A stretch of 64,000 nt of DNA, taken from positions 896,001-960,000 of the forward strand of contig OZ247587.1 of assembly GCA_965233865.1 (NCBI GenBank). The letters are read 5' to 3'. Shown here piece after piece: positions 1 to 9,373 of the stretch. The number at the start of each line of letters is the position of its first letter. Positions within the stretch are counted from its first letter, which is position 1. Origin of the DNA: Candidatus Neptunichlamydia sp. Lineage in GTDB: Bacteria; Chlamydiota; Chlamydiia; Chlamydiales; Simkaniaceae. The position numbers and the translations under genes were made by a program. A model generated the notes under the pieces. That model saw nothing but the letters and a program-made list of their open reading frames with translations, made no database searches and was not told where the DNA came from.

Positions 1-66
1 CAGAAAGATCCTTTGGAAGAGAACGCCAAAGAAACCAAAAAACGACTGACCTGTATAGGGATTCAT
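1..66 (-). CDS. ytgD: Metal ABC transporter permease YtgD/TroD, N-terminus only (runs off window start)
   Basis: Reverse strand reads MNPYTGQSFFGFFGVLFQRIFL from ATG at 66, overlapping the ytgC stop (ATGA). It resembles the chlamydial YtgD N-terminus and sits in the expected operon position. Confidence 0.7.
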   Translation of the reverse strand, partial: MNPYTGQSFFGFFGVLFQRIFL

Positions 67-1376
67 AATTGTTCTCCCTGAGGAATCGGCTTCTGATGAG
101 GATCTTTTTGTGGATGGTTGAGCAGCGCTGTCAGCCTCTTCTCCAAGTCTGGGGTAATAATGTGCTCCATCTCCTCTGCACTGTGATGAACCCTTTTCTC
201 GTCTACTTTTAGACATGAGACCAAATAGAGTTCCCATAAACGATGCAACCGTACTAAATATTCAGCACGGGCGATTCCATCTTGAGTAAGTAAAAGTTTC
301 CCCTCTCCACTCTTCATAACCCATCCTTCCCGCTTCAGTGTAAATAATGCGCGTTGCATCGGCATTCTTCCCATAGAATTCCATTTTAAGATCCCCTTTT
401 GGCTAAGCGGCACGTTAATCCCTTCTTTCCATAGAGTCTTCAAAATATTTTCCAGGTGACACCTCCTTCTAAACTGCGCACTGCGGATCATGCGAGCAAC
501 CGCCCCTTTTTTAGGAGCAAACAACAGTGAAAGAATACTGAGAGAGAAAGCGACTAAAAGGATCATGGGTCCCGTAGGATAAACCGTTCCATGAGCACTC
601 AACTTCAGGGATAAATAGTTCCCTCCAAAGCCACTGATAAGACCAAATAGACCTGAAAGAACTAATAGATGCGATAAGCGGTCGGTAAAAGAGCGGGCAG
701 CGGCCGCAGAAGCAAGAAGCATTCCCGACATCAAAATCACCCCAACAGATCGAATTCCTACAACGATCGATAAGATTAGAAGAAGAAAGATTCCCCTGTT
801 CACGCGATGCATTGATAATCCACGGCTATGCGCATAGGGAGCATCGAACAAGGCAACTTCAATTTCTCGGAAACGGAAAAGAATGAATAGAGCCACTATA
901 GAAGAAAGTACGCCATAAATCACAATATGGACATCATTCATCGTTGCAGCTTGCCCATAAATAAACACTTGGGATTGTTGATGCCAAAGAGGATGAGTAA
1001 ACTGAATCCTACTAGCAAACACTACCCCTATTCCTAAAAACACGGAAAGGGTCAAACATAGAGCAGCGTCTAAGTGAATGCGGAATTTATTCTGGAGCTT
1101 CTCAATTACTTCTAAACCAAGATAGGAGAAGAGAAAGGCACCACCAAGAACAACCAAAATAGCAAGTGGATGATTCGGAGCTACAAAAAATGCTCCTACA
1201 ATGACACTCAAAACAACACCTGGGTACGCAGCATGAGAGAGAGCTTCGCCTACTAAACTCCTCCGCTTAACAACCATCAACGTTCCTATTAAAGCAGAGG
1301 ATAAACACATAAGCATCGAACCAATCACTGGGGCGCGGTAAAGAGGATCGATGAAATAATCAACAAACGACATCAC
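63..1376 (-). CDS. ytgC: Metal (Fe/Mn/Zn) ABC permease fused to a C-terminal DtxR-like repressor (YtgC-YtgR)
   Basis: ABC-3 permease motif RRSLVGEALSHAAYPG and multiple TM segments; C-terminal DtxR dimerisation motifs RLHRLWELYL, HHSAEEMEH, DPHQKPIP. Confidence 0.92.
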   Translation of the reverse strand: MMSFVDYFIDPLYRAPVIGSMLMCLSSALIGTLMVVKRRSLVGEALSHAAYPGVVLSVIVGAFFVAPNHPLAILVVLGGAFLFSYLGLEVIEKLQNKFRIHLDAALCLTLSVFLGIGVVFASRIQFTHPLWHQQSQVFIYGQAATMNDVHIVIYGVLSSIVALFILFRFREIEVALFDAPYAHSRGLSMHRVNRGIFLLLILSIVVGIRSVGVILMSGMLLASAAAARSFTDRLSHLLVLSGLFGLISGFGGNYLSLKLSAHGTVYPTGPMILLVAFSLSILSLLFAPKKGAVARMIRSAQFRRRCHLENILKTLWKEGINVPLSQKGILKWNSMGRMPMQRALFTLKREGWVMKSGEGKLLLTQDGIARAEYLVRLHRLWELYLVSCLKVDEKRVHHSAEEMEHIITPDLEKRLTALLNHPQKDPHQKPIPQGEQL

Positions 1377-2140
1377 ACAAATCCTGCTTTCTGTTCTCCA
1401 GAAAGACGGGTCGCTTCATCAAATAACTCCCCTCTTTGTCCGTAGACGAGAGAGAGATTTCGAGAGGTCAGAGTCTCCTTTACGTCGCCATAGGCCACTA
1501 AAGAAGTGTTCAAAAGAAGCACTTGGTCAAAGTAGTGAGGTGCAGTGTTTAAGTCGTGATGCACAACAAGGATTGTTTTCCCTTCCTCTCGAAGTTTTTT
1601 GAGAAGCCTAATAATGATATCTTCCGTCGCTTTGTCAACAGCGGCAAAGGGTTCATCGAGGAGAATAATCTCTGCATCTTGAAGGAGCGCACGCGCGATA
1701 AAAAGGCGCTGCTGCTGTCCACCAGAAAGAGCACCAATCTGCCGATCGGCTAAGTCGCTCATTTCAAGGCGATTAAGCATTTTTTGAGCTGCTTGTTTAT
1801 CAGCTTTTGTATACCACTTTAGGCCGCGGAGCTTTCCAAAGCGCCCCATTAAAACTACATCAAACACGGTGATAGGAAAATCCCAGTCAATACTCCCCTT
1901 TTGAGGAACGTAAGCGATTTTTTCGTTAATTTTATGAAAGGGTTTTCCAAAAAATTGGACGTTTCCAGATAGAGGCTTCACAATTCCTAATAGAGCTTTA
2001 AGAAGGGTGCTTTTCCCTGCTCCATTGGGGCCAAGAACTCCCACGAGGCTTCCTCTCGGGATCGAAACATTGATATCCCAAAGAGCCGAAGTCTTTTCGT
2101 AATTTACTGTAAGTTGGTGTATGTCTACTGCATCTTCCAT
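1373..2140 (-). CDS. ytgB: Metal ABC transporter ATP-binding protein (YtgB/TroB)
   Basis: Walker A GPNGAGKST, signature LSGGQQQR, Walker B LLDEPF, HHDL. Confidence 0.93.
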   Translation of the reverse strand: MEDAVDIHQLTVNYEKTSALWDINVSIPRGSLVGVLGPNGAGKSTLLKALLGIVKPLSGNVQFFGKPFHKINEKIAYVPQKGSIDWDFPITVFDVVLMGRFGKLRGLKWYTKADKQAAQKMLNRLEMSDLADRQIGALSGGQQQRLFIARALLQDAEIILLDEPFAAVDKATEDIIIRLLKKLREEGKTILVVHHDLNTAPHYFDQVLLLNTSLVAYGDVKETLTSRNLSLVYGQRGELFDEATRLSGEQKAGFV

Positions 2141-2142
2141 AA

Positions 2143-3096
2143 CTATTCTTGAGGTAATTCTCGGCTTAGGGTTCGAACATTGTGCTCAACCATTTCTAGA
2201 TAAGAATCTGCACCTGTCCCTTTAGCTCCCATTGTATCCCCGTATAAAGGAGTTGTCGCAATTTTAACACGGAGTCCTTTTTCACGACAGATTGATATAA
2301 TTTTTTTTAAAGCGTCTTGATTGATATTAGTCTCTGGAAAAACTACATGAATCTGATGCTCACAGAGAAATTCACTCACTGCCTGGATATCAAGAATGCT
2401 TACTTGCCCATCCGGAGCAAGACCCTCTGGGGCCATAAAGCGTTTTTCCCAGTCCTCTTCTCCTTGCTTGGAAAGATATTTTTTTGCAAAATAGTAAAAC
2501 GCATCATGACTCGTCACAAGATATCGATTTTGGGGAGGGATCGATTGAACTTCCTCCATTAATGCGCGATCTTTTGCAATCATTGCCGTTTTAAGCGTTA
2601 CCCCTCGCTCTCTAAAAAGCTCTGCATGTTCAGGAGTTTTTTCCGAAAGAGTGCTGACAATAGGATCTATTACTTGAGAAAAAAGAGCTACATCCATCCA
2701 GAAATGAGGATCAAGTAAGCCGTCAATGGTAATGAAAGATGCAGGGTTTGCTCGGTAAAGAATGTCCCCTAACCCAATCGCTTCACTGTGAGACTGTAAA
2801 TGCCCTCTGAGACTCGCCCCATGCTCAAGACCTAGTCCATTGTAAAAAATCACATCAGCAGAAAGAAGCTTTTCATCATCTCCCTTTACAAGCTCATAGC
2901 TATGGGGGTCGATATCTCCGATAATGAGACTTGTATGGTCAATCTCCTTGCCACCAATAAAAGCCACTAGGTCATCAATCATTGCCGTAGTGGAGAGCAC
3001 CTTGGTTTTTCCATTCGGCTCCATAAAGGAGCTATTTACTTCCGTGCTGCAACTACAAAGAATATAGGTTGCAATTAGAATAAACCATTTTTTCAT
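2143..3096 (-). CDS. ytgA: Metal ABC transporter substrate-binding lipoprotein (YtgA/TroA)
   Basis: Lipoprotein-like signal (ILCSC), DPHSYE, NGLGLEH, DPHFW and SHDAFYYF motifs of the TroA/ZnuA family. Confidence 0.92.
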   Translation of the reverse strand: MKKWFILIATYILCSCSTEVNSSFMEPNGKTKVLSTTAMIDDLVAFIGGKEIDHTSLIIGDIDPHSYELVKGDDEKLLSADVIFYNGLGLEHGASLRGHLQSHSEAIGLGDILYRANPASFITIDGLLDPHFWMDVALFSQVIDPIVSTLSEKTPEHAELFRERGVTLKTAMIAKDRALMEEVQSIPPQNRYLVTSHDAFYYFAKKYLSKQGEEDWEKRFMAPEGLAPDGQVSILDIQAVSEFLCEHQIHVVFPETNINQDALKKIISICREKGLRVKIATTPLYGDTMGAKGTGADSYLEMVEHNVRTLSRELPQE

Positions 3097-4073
3097 CTAT
3101 CTAAGTCCCTTAATAACGAAAAAGGATAAATCCCCTTCGAGCATCCTGAAGAGAAGAGAATTTGAATCCCATAATTCCCCACATAGACAATTTTCTCTCC
3201 CTCAATATCCATAAGAGGTTTCTTTTTTTCTAAACACTCGACACAAGGACAGTGCGGCTGGACATCAGCAAAGCGGTAAAGACTTTTCTTTCCGTCCAAC
3301 CATTCAATTGAGAAATGATACCTATCATCCACCTTTATTTTATACCCTTTTTCTTCTTCAATAAGAGCGGTCATCTTTTTCGAAAGCGCATCAAAGAGAG
3401 GCATTGATTGAACTTTTTTATGCATGTTTAATAAAGGATCTATTGGGATCTCTGAAAGTAATGGAACTCTAAATTCTTCAGAGAGTGATTTCCCCCCGCC
3501 TTCTCCAAAAAGGAGGTGACGCTTCGAAGATCCTGGCTCAGAGAAATAGCTCATATTTTCTACAACCCCAAGGATAGGAACCCCCATCTGGATACACATC
3601 CTCATTGATTTTCTCACATCGAGGAGAGATAATTCTTGAGGTGTGGTCACCACCACGACCCCATTGAAAGAAAGCTTTTGCATTAAAGTGATCTGTATAT
3701 CCCCTGTCCCTGGAGGAAAATCTACAAGGAGGAAATCAAGCTCCCCCCACTCAACTTCTTCGATGAACTGAGAGATAATTTGAGTGGCTATCGGAGCACG
3801 CACGGCCGAAGAGCCCTTATATTGGGGTAAATAGGCCGTAGACATCACCGAAATCCTCCCGGATTGGGCGGGGAGCACCTTTTCTCCCTCTGTCTGTGGT
3901 CCGTGGTCCTCTGGTAGAAGAGAGCCGGCAGAAGGGCCATATACATCTGCGTCAAAAACCCCTACCCTATGTCCGCTCCTATCTAACGCACGGGCCAACT
4001 GACCAGTCAAAGTGGACTTTCCTACCCCCCCTTTCCCTGCAAGAACTCCAATAATAGCATTTGCTTGAATCAT
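3093..4073 (-). CDS. Mrp/ApbC/NBP35-family P-loop NTPase with a C-terminal DUF971-like domain
   Basis: GKGGVGKST, DADVYGPS, DFPPGTGDIQ, VTTPQ, VENMS; C-terminal CPCVEC...VGNYGIQILFSSG..GIY. Confidence 0.88.
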   Translation of the reverse strand: MIQANAIIGVLAGKGGVGKSTLTGQLARALDRSGHRVGVFDADVYGPSAGSLLPEDHGPQTEGEKVLPAQSGRISVMSTAYLPQYKGSSAVRAPIATQIISQFIEEVEWGELDFLLVDFPPGTGDIQITLMQKLSFNGVVVVTTPQELSLLDVRKSMRMCIQMGVPILGVVENMSYFSEPGSSKRHLLFGEGGGKSLSEEFRVPLLSEIPIDPLLNMHKKVQSMPLFDALSKKMTALIEEEKGYKIKVDDRYHFSIEWLDGKKSLYRFADVQPHCPCVECLEKKKPLMDIEGEKIVYVGNYGIQILFSSGCSKGIYPFSLLRDLDR

Positions 4074-4364
4074 TTTTTATTTTCCTGTACTGCTTCCATA
4101 AATACTTGACTACAATAGATTAAAGGAAATTCTTTATTCACTTGCTAAAGCCCTGAGTTTATTAAGGCGAAGGCTTCCAGCTCAACAATTAATTCTTGCC
4201 CAAAACTCCCTTATTATACTAATCTCACTCAAATGTGAAACTATTTCGATAGATATTTAGCAACTAAAGCGACTGAACCTCAAAATAATCATTGTATATA
4301 AAAAGAGAAATAACATATAAGCATGTCGAGAATACAGATTAAATAGCAAAAATTAAATGTTTAC

Positions 4365-4393
4365 TTGTCCCATGAATTGGACTGTCATAAAAA
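4365..4393 (+). promoter_or_regulatory. Candidate sigma66/sigma70 promoter for ddbA
   Basis: TTGTCC-17 nt-TAAAAA, about 20 nt upstream of the ATG at 4415. Confidence 0.4.
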
Positions 4394-4414
4394 ATATAGA
4401 AAAAAGGTGGCTTC

Positions 4415-4948
4415 ATGAGCTTTACTGAAGAACAAACTCTTAAAACTAACACCAAAAAGCTTGAAGATCTGGAAGGTGTGATCTCTAAGGCCATTAAGAA
4501 GGTCAGAGGCAGAAAAGAAAACGATCTTTGTAAATATATTCCAATGAACGCTGGTGGATACATGCACCACTTCACTCTCAGAAAAATGAAATACAAGAAT
4601 CCAATAGAATTATCATCCCTTATTGAAAAATTTATTATTCGATCTGATCGTCCCCTAGTTGTTCCTCCAAAGCAGAGAGCTGCTCGTGGCTCTAGAAAGA
4701 AAAAAGACAGTCTTGCTTTCTCAAAGCTTCAGCTTGAAAGGCTTCTAAACATGGCAAGACTATCTGGGGACAAAGAAATGATCTCTATGTTGAGCCCAAA
4801 AAAATCTTTAGCACATACTAAACGAGAGCTTATTCAGTCTCTTCGTCATGAGATCGTTGATCATGAACTTTGGAATGCTTACGTCGAATCTGTAAATGCT
4901 CAGCAAGCAATGATTGCTGCAGGGGCAGAAGCAATGATCAATAATTAA
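4415..4948 (+). CDS. ddbA: Chlamydiae-conserved basic DNA-binding protein (DdbA/CT066-like)
   Basis: KENDLCKYIP..GGYMHHFTLRKMK and RAARGSRK motifs; divergent from the ytg operon and upstream of npt1, as in Chlamydia. Confidence 0.75.
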   Translation: MSFTEEQTLKTNTKKLEDLEGVISKAIKKVRGRKENDLCKYIPMNAGGYMHHFTLRKMKYKNPIELSSLIEKFIIRSDRPLVVPPKQRAARGSRKKKDSLAFSKLQLERLLNMARLSGDKEMISMLSPKKSLAHTKRELIQSLRHEIVDHELWNAYVESVNAQQAMIAAGAEAMINN

Positions 4949-4970
4949 TTCTTTTCAAAGAGATTATTTT

Positions 4971-5003
4971 AAAAAGGACGCTTGATGAGCGTCCTTTTTT
5001 TTT
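4971..5003 (+). terminator. Rho-independent terminator after ddbA
   Basis: AAAAAGGACGCT-TGATG-AGCGTCCTTTTT followed by further Ts. Confidence 0.85.
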
Positions 5004-5004
5004 G

Positions 5005-5032
5005 TTGATTTCTATCTCGAATGCTCTATAAT
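5005..5032 (+). promoter_or_regulatory. sigma66/sigma70-type promoter for npt1
   Basis: TTGATT-16 nt-TATAAT. It overlaps the ORF-track start at 5031, which favours ATG 5130 as the real start. Confidence 0.6.
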
Positions 5033-5129
5033 GTTCGTGATTATAGCTGAAGAGTTCTCTACGATTTTCCATAATGGTTTAGAAAAGCGCAGTGAATGTT
5101 TCAAAAAGAATTTTTATAAGGAACGAAAT

Positions 5130-6710
5130 ATGACATCAACTACAAAAGACTTTGGAAAGTGGAGATCCCGCCTATGGCCGGTTCACCAATTTGAGCTCAA
5201 GAAGCTCATTCCAATGGTTCTTCTCTTCTTTTTTATTCTATTTAATTACACTGTCCTACGAGACACTAAAGACACTCTCGTTGTTACTGCTGCGAAAGGA
5301 TCACAAGTTATCCCATTCTTGAAATTTTGGGCTGTACTTCCTTGTGCGATTTTATTCATGATTCTGTATGCAAAAATGAGTAACAAGCTGAGTAAAACAA
5401 AGCTGTTTTACTATTCAGTGATTCCTTTTATTGTCTTCTTTGGATTATTTGGAACTGTCCTCTACCCCTTAAGAGATTCTTTGCACCCAAACGCTTTTTG
5501 CGACATGCTGCAAACTACACTTCCTGATGGATTCAAAGGATTGATCGATGTTATCCGTAACTGGACCTTCTCCCTCTTCTACGTCATGTCGGAGCTTTGG
5601 GGAAGTATGGCAATCTCCCTTCTATTCTGGGGATTTGCCAACGACATTAGTAAGGTTTCTGAATCAAAACGTTTCTACACCATCTTTGCGATGTTTGCGA
5701 ATGTCTCTCTGATCCTTTCAGGGCGTTTCATTAAATGGGCCGCAAAGATTCGTGAAGGATTGACTTCTGGAGACCCCTGGCAAATGACTCTAAACTACAC
5801 CATGTCAATGGTCGTAGTTGCAGGAATACTTGTACTAGGAATCTACTGGTGGATCAATAAGTATGTCCTAACAGACAAGCGCTTCTATGATCCAACTGAA
5901 CAAAAGTCAGTAAAGAAAAAGAAGCCAAAACTTTCTATGAAAGAAAGTTTCATGATGCTCATCCGTTCAAAATATCTTGGATGTATCGCATTGCTTGTAA
6001 TGGCATATGGAATTTCCATTAATCTCGTTGAGGTAACTTGGAAAGACCAACTGCATCAGCAATACCCAAATTTTAACGATTATCAGGCCTTTATGGGAGG
6101 TTTCTCTGAAAAAACGGGTATCATTACCATCCTTATTACATTCTTCCTAGGTGGAAGCGTTGTAAGACGTTTTGGATGGGGTAAAACCGCTCTTATTACT
6201 CCTGTGATGCTTCTTGTCACTGGTGTGGCATTCTTCTCATTCATTATTTTCCGCGGTAGCCTTTCTGCTACAATTGCAGCAATGGGATCTACCCCATTAA
6301 TGCTTGCGGTCGTCTTTGGAACGATTCAGAATATCGCCACTAAATCATCTAAATACTCCTTCTTCGACCCAACCAAGGAAATGGCTTACATTCCCCTTGG
6401 ACAGGAAGAGAAAGTTAAAGGTAAAGCGGCGATTGACGTTGTTGGCGCCCGTCTAGGAAAATCTGGAGGATCTTTGATCCAACAAGGTCTTTTCCTCGCC
6501 CTTAACACAGCAGTAGTTGGAGTCATCGCACCTTTCGTTGCGGTTATTCTCCTGGGGATCATCTTTGTATGGATCGTTGCTGCTCGCTCTCTAAACAAGA
6601 AATTTCTCACTCTGACTTCTCAGAAAGAAGAGGAAAAAACTGCCGAAAAAGTGGAAGAAGCAGAGCCCGCTGCCAAAGTGGAAGCTCCTGCGGAAACCGC
6701 AAACACTTAA
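5130..6710 (+). CDS. npt1: ATP/ADP translocase (NTT/TLC family)
   Basis: LFNYTVLRDTKDTLVV, SELWGS, KYSFFDPTKEMAYIPL, KGKAAIDVVGARLGKSGG; start moved to MTSTTKDFG (AAGGA upstream). Confidence 0.93.
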   Translation: MTSTTKDFGKWRSRLWPVHQFELKKLIPMVLLFFFILFNYTVLRDTKDTLVVTAAKGSQVIPFLKFWAVLPCAILFMILYAKMSNKLSKTKLFYYSVIPFIVFFGLFGTVLYPLRDSLHPNAFCDMLQTTLPDGFKGLIDVIRNWTFSLFYVMSELWGSMAISLLFWGFANDISKVSESKRFYTIFAMFANVSLILSGRFIKWAAKIREGLTSGDPWQMTLNYTMSMVVVAGILVLGIYWWINKYVLTDKRFYDPTEQKSVKKKKPKLSMKESFMMLIRSKYLGCIALLVMAYGISINLVEVTWKDQLHQQYPNFNDYQAFMGGFSEKTGIITILITFFLGGSVVRRFGWGKTALITPVMLLVTGVAFFSFIIFRGSLSATIAAMGSTPLMLAVVFGTIQNIATKSSKYSFFDPTKEMAYIPLGQEEKVKGKAAIDVVGARLGKSGGSLIQQGLFLALNTAVVGVIAPFVAVILLGIIFVWIVAARSLNKKFLTLTSQKEEEKTAEKVEEAEPAAKVEAPAETANT

Positions 6711-6732
6711 GAGAAGACTTAATATCTTTTCG

Positions 6733-6764
6733 AAAGCCCTCCCTCACCGGAGGGCTTTTTTTTT
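6733..6764 (+). terminator. Rho-independent terminator after npt1
   Basis: AAAGCCCTCC-CTCACC-GGAGGGCTTT followed by a T run. Confidence 0.85.
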
Positions 6765-7052
6765 GCCAGCATTCACCCTCTTGACTAAACTCTAGAGCAT
6801 CCTGATCCATAAAAGACTCTTGCAATATTCTTCTGAAGGTTTCAATTCATCTGCTGTCGTAAAGAGGCATACTTACATCCGTCCCTCTAAGGGTATGGGC
6901 ATATGCAGCCACTTTAAAATTAGGAAGATAAAAATTCATTTTGAAAATTCGACTAAGTAACGTCTTTTGATATGAGGACCCTGAAATGTATTTATTATAG
7001 GTTAGTGCTTTGAGACTTTAGTTTTTTGAAGAGATACGCTAACATTAAGCCT

Positions 7053-8864
7053 ATGACATTCCAATACGATCCGAAATATATCCGCAACTTCTCAATCATT
7101 GCTCATATCGACCACGGCAAATCAACGATTTCTGATCGTCTATTGCAGGTAACAGGAACGGTACCTGATCGTGAGATGCAGGAGCAGCTCCTAGATGACA
7201 TGGAATTGGAGCGGGAACGGGGGATTACAATCAAAGCCCACCCGGTCACAATGTACTACGAAGCAAAAGACGGACACACTTACCAGTTTAATTTTATTGA
7301 TACTCCTGGTCATGTCGATTTCTCATATGAAGTCTCGCGCTCTTTGTCAGCATGTGAAGGAGCCCTTCTCATTGTTGATGCAGCTCAGGGTGTGCAAGCA
7401 CAAACCTTGGCGAATGTTCATCTTGCTATCGAGAGGGATCTAGAGATTCTCCCTGTATTGAATAAGATCGACCTCCCTGCTGCGGACCCTGAAGAGGCAA
7501 AAACTCAGATTGAAGAGGTCATTGGCTTAGAAGCGCAAAATGCAATCCTCTGCTCAGCAAAAACAGGGGAAGGGATTGGTGATATTTTAGAACGAATCAT
7601 CACAGATACCCCACCACCGAAACCTCCGGAAGATGAAGTGCTTCGTGCTCTTGTTTTTGATTCTCACTACGATCCATACCGAGGGGTAATGGTCTATGTC
7701 CGGCTTATCAGCGGAGAGATTAAAAAGGGAACCCACATTAAATTGATGGCTACGGATAAGAGCTTTGAAGTTCTTGAGGTAGGCGTTTTTTCTCCTAATG
7801 CAACGTCTATTGATATCCTCCGTCCTGGAGAAGTGGGTTATCTTATTGCAAATATTCGGAAAACCTCTGATGTGAAAGTTGGAGACACAATTACTTCTTT
7901 TCGCTTGGGGGCTTCAGAGCCTCTTCCAGGATTTAAATTCATTAAGCCCGTCGTTTTTGCAGGAATTTATCCAATTGATACCTCAGAATTTGAAAATCTC
8001 CGCGATGCACTTGTAAAATTGCAGCTTAATGATTCGGCCCTGCACGTCGAACAAGAGAGCAGTCTAGCTCTTGGCTTTGGCTTCCGATGTGGCTTTCTAG
8101 GTCTTCTTCATTTAGAGATTACGTTTGAACGTCTCCAGAGAGAATTTGATCTTGATATCATTACAACCGCCCCAAGTGTCGTTTATAAAATAACCCTTTC
8201 AAATGGAGAAGAGAAGAAGATCGACAACCCGGCCCATTATCCCAATCCGGCAGTTATTGACTTTGTGGAAGAGCCTTGGGTTCTCTCCCATATCATGACC
8301 CCTTCTGATTTTTTAGGACCTATCATGGCTCTTGGAACAGAAAAGAGAGGAACACTCGATAAAACTGAGTCAATAGGAGAAAATCGCCTTCTTCTTACTT
8401 TTCGCTTTCCAATGAATGAAATCATTACAGATTTTAATGACAAACTCAAATCGGTAACCCGTGGCTATGGCTCTTTTGACTATGAGTTTGATCGATATAA
8501 TATTGGCTCTGTGATAAAGTTAGAAATCAAGGTCAATGACGAAGTTGTGGATGCCTTTTCCTGTCTTGTACATACCACTAAAGCTGAAGCAAAGGGACGA
8601 GCCATTTGTAAAAAACTTAGCGATGTGATCCCACGCCAACAGTTTAAAGTCCCCATTCAAGCTGCAATCGGTGGAAAAATTATTGCACGAGAAACCCTTT
8701 CTGCTCTTTCAAAAAATGTGACCGCCAAGTGTTATGGTGGAGACATCACCAGGAAACGCAAACTCTGGGAAAAACAAAAAAAAGGGAAGAAAAAAATGAA
8801 AGAGATTGGTAAAGTTACCATCCCTCAGTCTGCTTTCATGGCAGTCTTGAAAGCAGAAGAATAG
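7053..8864 (+). CDS. lepA: Translation elongation factor 4 (LepA)
   Basis: [46 protein letters not shown]; likely start ATG 7053. Confidence 0.97.
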   Translation: MTFQYDPKYIRNFSIIAHIDHGKSTISDRLLQVTGTVPDREMQEQLLDDMELERERGITIKAHPVTMYYEAKDGHTYQFNFIDTPGHVDFSYEVSRSLSACEGALLIVDAAQGVQAQTLANVHLAIERDLEILPVLNKIDLPAADPEEAKTQIEEVIGLEAQNAILCSAKTGEGIGDILERIITDTPPPKPPEDEVLRALVFDSHYDPYRGVMVYVRLISGEIKKGTHIKLMATDKSFEVLEVGVFSPNATSIDILRPGEVGYLIANIRKTSDVKVGDTITSFRLGASEPLPGFKFIKPVVFAGIYPIDTSEFENLRDALVKLQLNDSALHVEQESSLALGFGFRCGFLGLLHLEITFERLQREFDLDIITTAPSVVYKITLSNGEEKKIDNPAHYPNPAVIDFVEEPWVLSHIMTPSDFLGPIMALGTEKRGTLDKTESIGENRLLLTFRFPMNEIITDFNDKLKSVTRGYGSFDYEFDRYNIGSVIKLEIKVNDEVVDAFSCLVHTTKAEAKGRAICKKLSDVIPRQQFKVPIQAAIGGKIIARETLSALSKNVTAKCYGGDITRKRKLWEKQKKGKKKMKEIGKVTIPQSAFMAVLKAEE

Positions 8865-9373
8865 CAATATTCCTAGTGCTCTGTCACTTTTTGAGTTTAG
8901 AATATTCGATTGGAACTTTTTCTGCTGTGGCAAGGGAAATTAGTATAATCTCAATACAGAAGAATCTTTACATCCTGATTTAAACCACCCGCCACCCGTG
9001 AAACCTCATTGGGATTATGAAGGACCAAATTTTCCCAAATGAAATTTACTATTTTTTTCAAAAAACAATTTATACACAAAAAATATAGAAATTTGTTTGG
9101 GAAAATCAAATGCTATCTGGCACTCCCCTTGCGTTCTTACAAGTGCAAATTTTGATGAGAAGAAGCATAGATTTTAGACGCTTTTCCCTCTAACATCTAT
9201 TTTTTGCAACACTACCCTTTCCTTTATCGTCATCATTGCCTCCAAATTTTTCTTTACCTCCTTAGGAAAACTTCTAAAAAGAGGACATTATCACTTTGCG
9301 CTTACAGCGCAACAACTTTCTTCATTTAAAAAAAACCATCGTGTATCATGGGAATCTAACTCTAAGGAATGTT

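Noticed and set aside
5031..5129. ORF-track N-terminal extension of npt1 (likewise the extensions of nqrB, nqrC, murE, proS, pcnB and gcvH)
   Set aside because: These overlap promoters or upstream genes; downstream starts fit the RBS or ATGA coupling and the family N-termini better.
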